64,000 nucleotides of DNA from Candidatus Bathyarchaeota archaeon. GTDB taxonomy: Archaea > Thermoproteota > Bathyarchaeia > Bathyarchaeales > Bathycorpusculaceae. This document shows, one piece after another, positions 61,446 through 64,000 of the stretch (position 1 is the first letter of the stretch; each line of letters starts with the position of its first letter). The translations under genes were made by a program, and so were the position numbers. The notes below the pieces were generated by a model, which saw only the letters and a program-made list of their open reading frames with translations, did no database searches and was not told the DNA's origin. Where the stretch lies: the NCBI GenBank assembly GCA_963717465.1, contig OY970340.1, forward strand, positions 2,144,001 to 2,208,000. The letters run 5' to 3'.

Positions 61446-62453
61446 ATGACAAATGCTCCAGAAAAAATAACGCCTTTGCATGAAATAAAGGTTACACCTA
61501 TCGCTGCTGAGAGTTTTGGTGTCAGATCAATGTGCACGCTTGTAGAAACTCCTGATTTAAAGGTGCTTTTGGACGCTGGCATGTCACTTTGCCCTTACAG
61601 ATTTAATCTGCTACCTCACCCAATAGAATTTAAAACCATAGAGAAGCTCCGAAAACGCATGGCAAAAGCTGCTGACAAAGCATCTGTAGTTACTATTAGT
61701 CATTATCATTTTGATCATCACACTCCATCATACGAAGACTGGTTAGTAAATTGGACCGAAGTTAATGAGACTGCACGGCAAATTTACCAAGATAAGCGAG
61801 TCTTACTTAAGAACCCTAAAGAAAAAATCAACGCTAGCCAAAGACAAAGAGCATGGCTTTTCCAAAAAACAGGCGGCAAATACGCAAAAAAACTTGAAGT
61901 TGCAGACGGAAAAACGTTCGTTTTCGGAAATACTTCCTTGAGATTTTCAACGCCAGTGTTTCATGGCCCAGAAGATTCTACGCTTGGTTGGGTTATAATG
62001 ACAACTGTAACTTTCAAGACTGAACGATTTTTATTCGCACCTGACATCCAAGGTCCAATGTCCAAGGTTACCTGTGAAGAGATAATTAAAATGAATCCAT
62101 CAATAATAATGCTTGGAGGCCCACCATTTTACCTTAAAGGTTTCAAAGTAGAGGATAAAAGTCTTAATTTGGGCTTAGAAAATTTAGCAAGCATAGCTGA
62201 AACCGTGCCAGTCACTATTCTTGAACATCATACTTTAAGAGATGAATTCTGGCAGGAAAAAGTAAAACGAGTTTATGATGTTGCCGCCAATGCTGGACAT
62301 AGCGTTTTAACTGCTGCAGAGTTTGCAGGTGAAAAAAACTTTTTTCTTGAATCTAGGCGAAAACAATTATTTAATGAAAATCCACCCTCTGAAAAATTCA
62401 TGCATTGGAGAAAAGCTTTAGACATTAAAAAAGTTTTGAAACCTCCGACATAA
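61446..62453 (+). CDS. Metallo-beta-lactamase-fold hydrolase (UPF0282-like)
   Basis: AESFGVRSM, SHYHFDH, HG, DIQGP, HH.LRD. Confidence 0.8.
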   Translation: MTNAPEKITPLHEIKVTPIAAESFGVRSMCTLVETPDLKVLLDAGMSLCPYRFNLLPHPIEFKTIEKLRKRMAKAADKASVVTISHYHFDHHTPSYEDWLVNWTEVNETARQIYQDKRVLLKNPKEKINASQRQRAWLFQKTGGKYAKKLEVADGKTFVFGNTSLRFSTPVFHGPEDSTLGWVIMTTVTFKTERFLFAPDIQGPMSKVTCEEIIKMNPSIIMLGGPPFYLKGFKVEDKSLNLGLENLASIAETVPVTILEHHTLRDEFWQEKVKRVYDVAANAGHSVLTAAEFAGEKNFFLESRRKQLFNENPPSEKFMHWRKALDIKKVLKPPT

Positions 62454-62805
62454 GAAAACTATAGTTAAGTCTTTCTTTTAATTAAATTAGCATACCAAAA
62501 GTGGCCTTCAGTATCAGTTTTTTAGAGTTATCGTTCGCTACACGAAAACTATCATGTCAAATATTTAATTTCTATGCTTTTTTTTCAGGTTTTTGTTTCT
62601 TTTCCTACGCACATTATCTATTATAAAGCTTGAGTATTTGTCTATTTGTTAAAGCTGTATTACTGGAGCTGACTTAGCTATTCGCAGATTACATAAGACG
62701 TTGCAGTATTTTGTTTTTTTATATGTATTTTTGATAATTAGGTTGCTTTCATAAGTTAGTTAAATATCCTGCGCTATTTGGAGATTGATTCGGAGGAAAA
62801 ATGAA

Positions 62806-62989
62806 GTGAAGCGACAGATTGCTGATAAAGGTAGAAAAGAATTAGAAGCAAAATTAGCAAATGTATTCATGGATAAAATTAGGTAATTTGTCAACAGAAT
62901 TGCAAGAAATATTGATAGATGACATGGTGACAGCATTCGAAAATAGATTAAAAGTGTTAAATCAGGCATCGAAAAAAGGTGCAATGTAA
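62806..62989 (+). CDS. Small helical protein hidden by a 1-nt insertion at about 62881
   Basis: GGAGG at 62792; repaired frame VKRQIADKGRKELEAKLANVFMDKI-GNLSTELQEILIDDMVTAFENRLKVLNQASKKGAM*. Confidence 0.55.
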
Positions 62990-63077
62990 CCCATTGCATG
63001 GACAAAAATACTGATTAGTAATACATAAAAGCTTTATATAAAAACAGGAGAATGAAATAAAAAAAGAGGTCAATTGC

Positions 63078-63371
63078 ATGCGTCGTTCAAAACTTGAAAT
63101 GTATGTTGATATCTTGAAGGTATTAGCTCATAGAGGTCCATTAAAGTTAACCCATGTAATGTACAAGGCTAACGTTAACTGCAGTGTACTTAAGGAATAC
63201 TTAGATTTTCTTATTAAGCAGGGCTTAGTTGAAGAGCGTAATGTTGGTAAACGAAGAGTTGTTTATGCAGTTACTCAACGCGGCATCACTGTGCTTAAGT
63301 ACTTCAGAGAACTAAAGCAAGTACTTCCCATTGTTGAAGAAGCTAGAAACCAAGTACCAGTTCCTTACTAA
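63078..63371 (+). CDS. Winged-helix DNA-binding protein
   Basis: RRSKLEMYVDIL, THVMYKANVN, Y.VT.RG. Confidence 0.85.
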   Translation: MRRSKLEMYVDILKVLAHRGPLKLTHVMYKANVNCSVLKEYLDFLIKQGLVEERNVGKRRVVYAVTQRGITVLKYFRELKQVLPIVEEARNQVPVPY

Positions 63372-63562
63372 TCGAATTTTTTTCCATATATAATCTACCT
63401 ATTGGTAGATTGATTAGCTTTACCTTTTAGTACAAAGGCATATGCGTAAATCTGATTTTATAAACAGTTTCTAAATAGTTATTTTTGTTTCGTAAGACTT
63501 AATAATCCCGTTTCATCGTAATTTGTACACAAGAAATACAGAACAGCACTCGGGGATATTCA

Positions 63563-63953
63563 TTGAGCAAAGAAGAAATACTAGGAAAAAAACCCTTAGC
63601 CATCCTAGAAAAAATAAAGGAAAACTTCGAAAGGCTAAATGAGAAAATGGAAGTAATGATCGAAATCCAGAGAAATTCAGGAACCCGAAAAGACAATCAA
63701 ATGTTACAAGACACATCACTTGATGTCATGACTTTATTAAATATGCCTGATCACCTTCGAAAGACCGCAATGACCATTTGCCGAAATGGCAGAGCGACAG
63801 CTGAAGAAATTTCTGAGCAAACGACTCGAGCTCGAGCAGTTGAAAGCGCGTATCTAAATCAATTAGTGATTATGGGTTATCTTAAAAAGGAAAGAAAAGG
63901 ACAGAAAGGCATACTTCTTCGTTGACAGGGACGCCCAAGAGGGAGAAAAATGA
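63563..63953 (+). CDS. Coiled-coil + wHTH protein (indel near 63902)
   Basis: LPDHLRKTA-like segment, RARAVESAYLNQL; repaired end GRKAYFFVD...* overlaps the next ATG (ATGA). Confidence 0.7.
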
Positions 63954-64000
63954 GCAAAATACTAGCTGTTCATTCATACAAAGGTGGAACAGGAAAAACT
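63950..64000 (+). CDS. MinD/ParA family ATPase (5' end, truncated by the window)
   Basis: MSKILAVHSYKGGTGKT deviant Walker A. Confidence 0.85.
   Translation, partial: MSKILAVHSYKGGTGKT

Noticed and set aside
63392..63411. Inverted repeat aatctacc-tatt-ggtagatt as another B12 operator
   Set aside because: The sequence differs from the GGTTGGAT motif; single occurrence right after a stop codon, so more likely a terminator or local site
1..64000. tRNA, rRNA, transposase or integrase genes
   Set aside because: None recognised by eye; a covariance-model scan would be needed to exclude split or intron-containing tRNAs

Overview
Archaeal chromosomal DNA, AT-rich. Markers include dph5, aIF-2beta, aIF-1A/RIO1/KH-domain, CTP-dependent riboflavin kinase and ADP-forming acetate-CoA ligase; the gene content is compatible with Bathyarchaeia (inference). 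About 14 genes are split by single-base indels, most likely uncorrected long-read errors. Layout: (1) 0.3-7.3 kb housekeeping; (2) 7.5-20.7 kb accessory region with a repeat protein, a degenerate AglB/STT3-like transferase, DUF2085, DUF116, a secreted protein, four almost charge-free small helical proteins in two paralogous families, a DUF4177-SCP2 fusion and a PAS kinase; (3) P1B ATPase/NikR, GlpX, FmdE and a DCD-domain protein; (4) 26-32.5 kb methyl-transfer cluster with a pyrrolysine-free MtmB homologue, corrinoid protein, MtrH-like protein, SRPBCC protein and KstD-like flavoprotein; (5) a U32 pair next to a polyprenyl synthase; (6) 38-54.4 kb cobamide salvage and uptake region carrying three copies of a palindrome GGTTGGATWATCCAACC and an RHH-fused CblS-like kinase; (7) translation and ribosome-biogenesis genes, msrA, a candidate structured RNA near 60.6 kb and the start of a MinD/ParA gene. 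I recognised no tRNA, rRNA, CRISPR array or transposase. All family calls come from motif recognition by eye, not from database searches.
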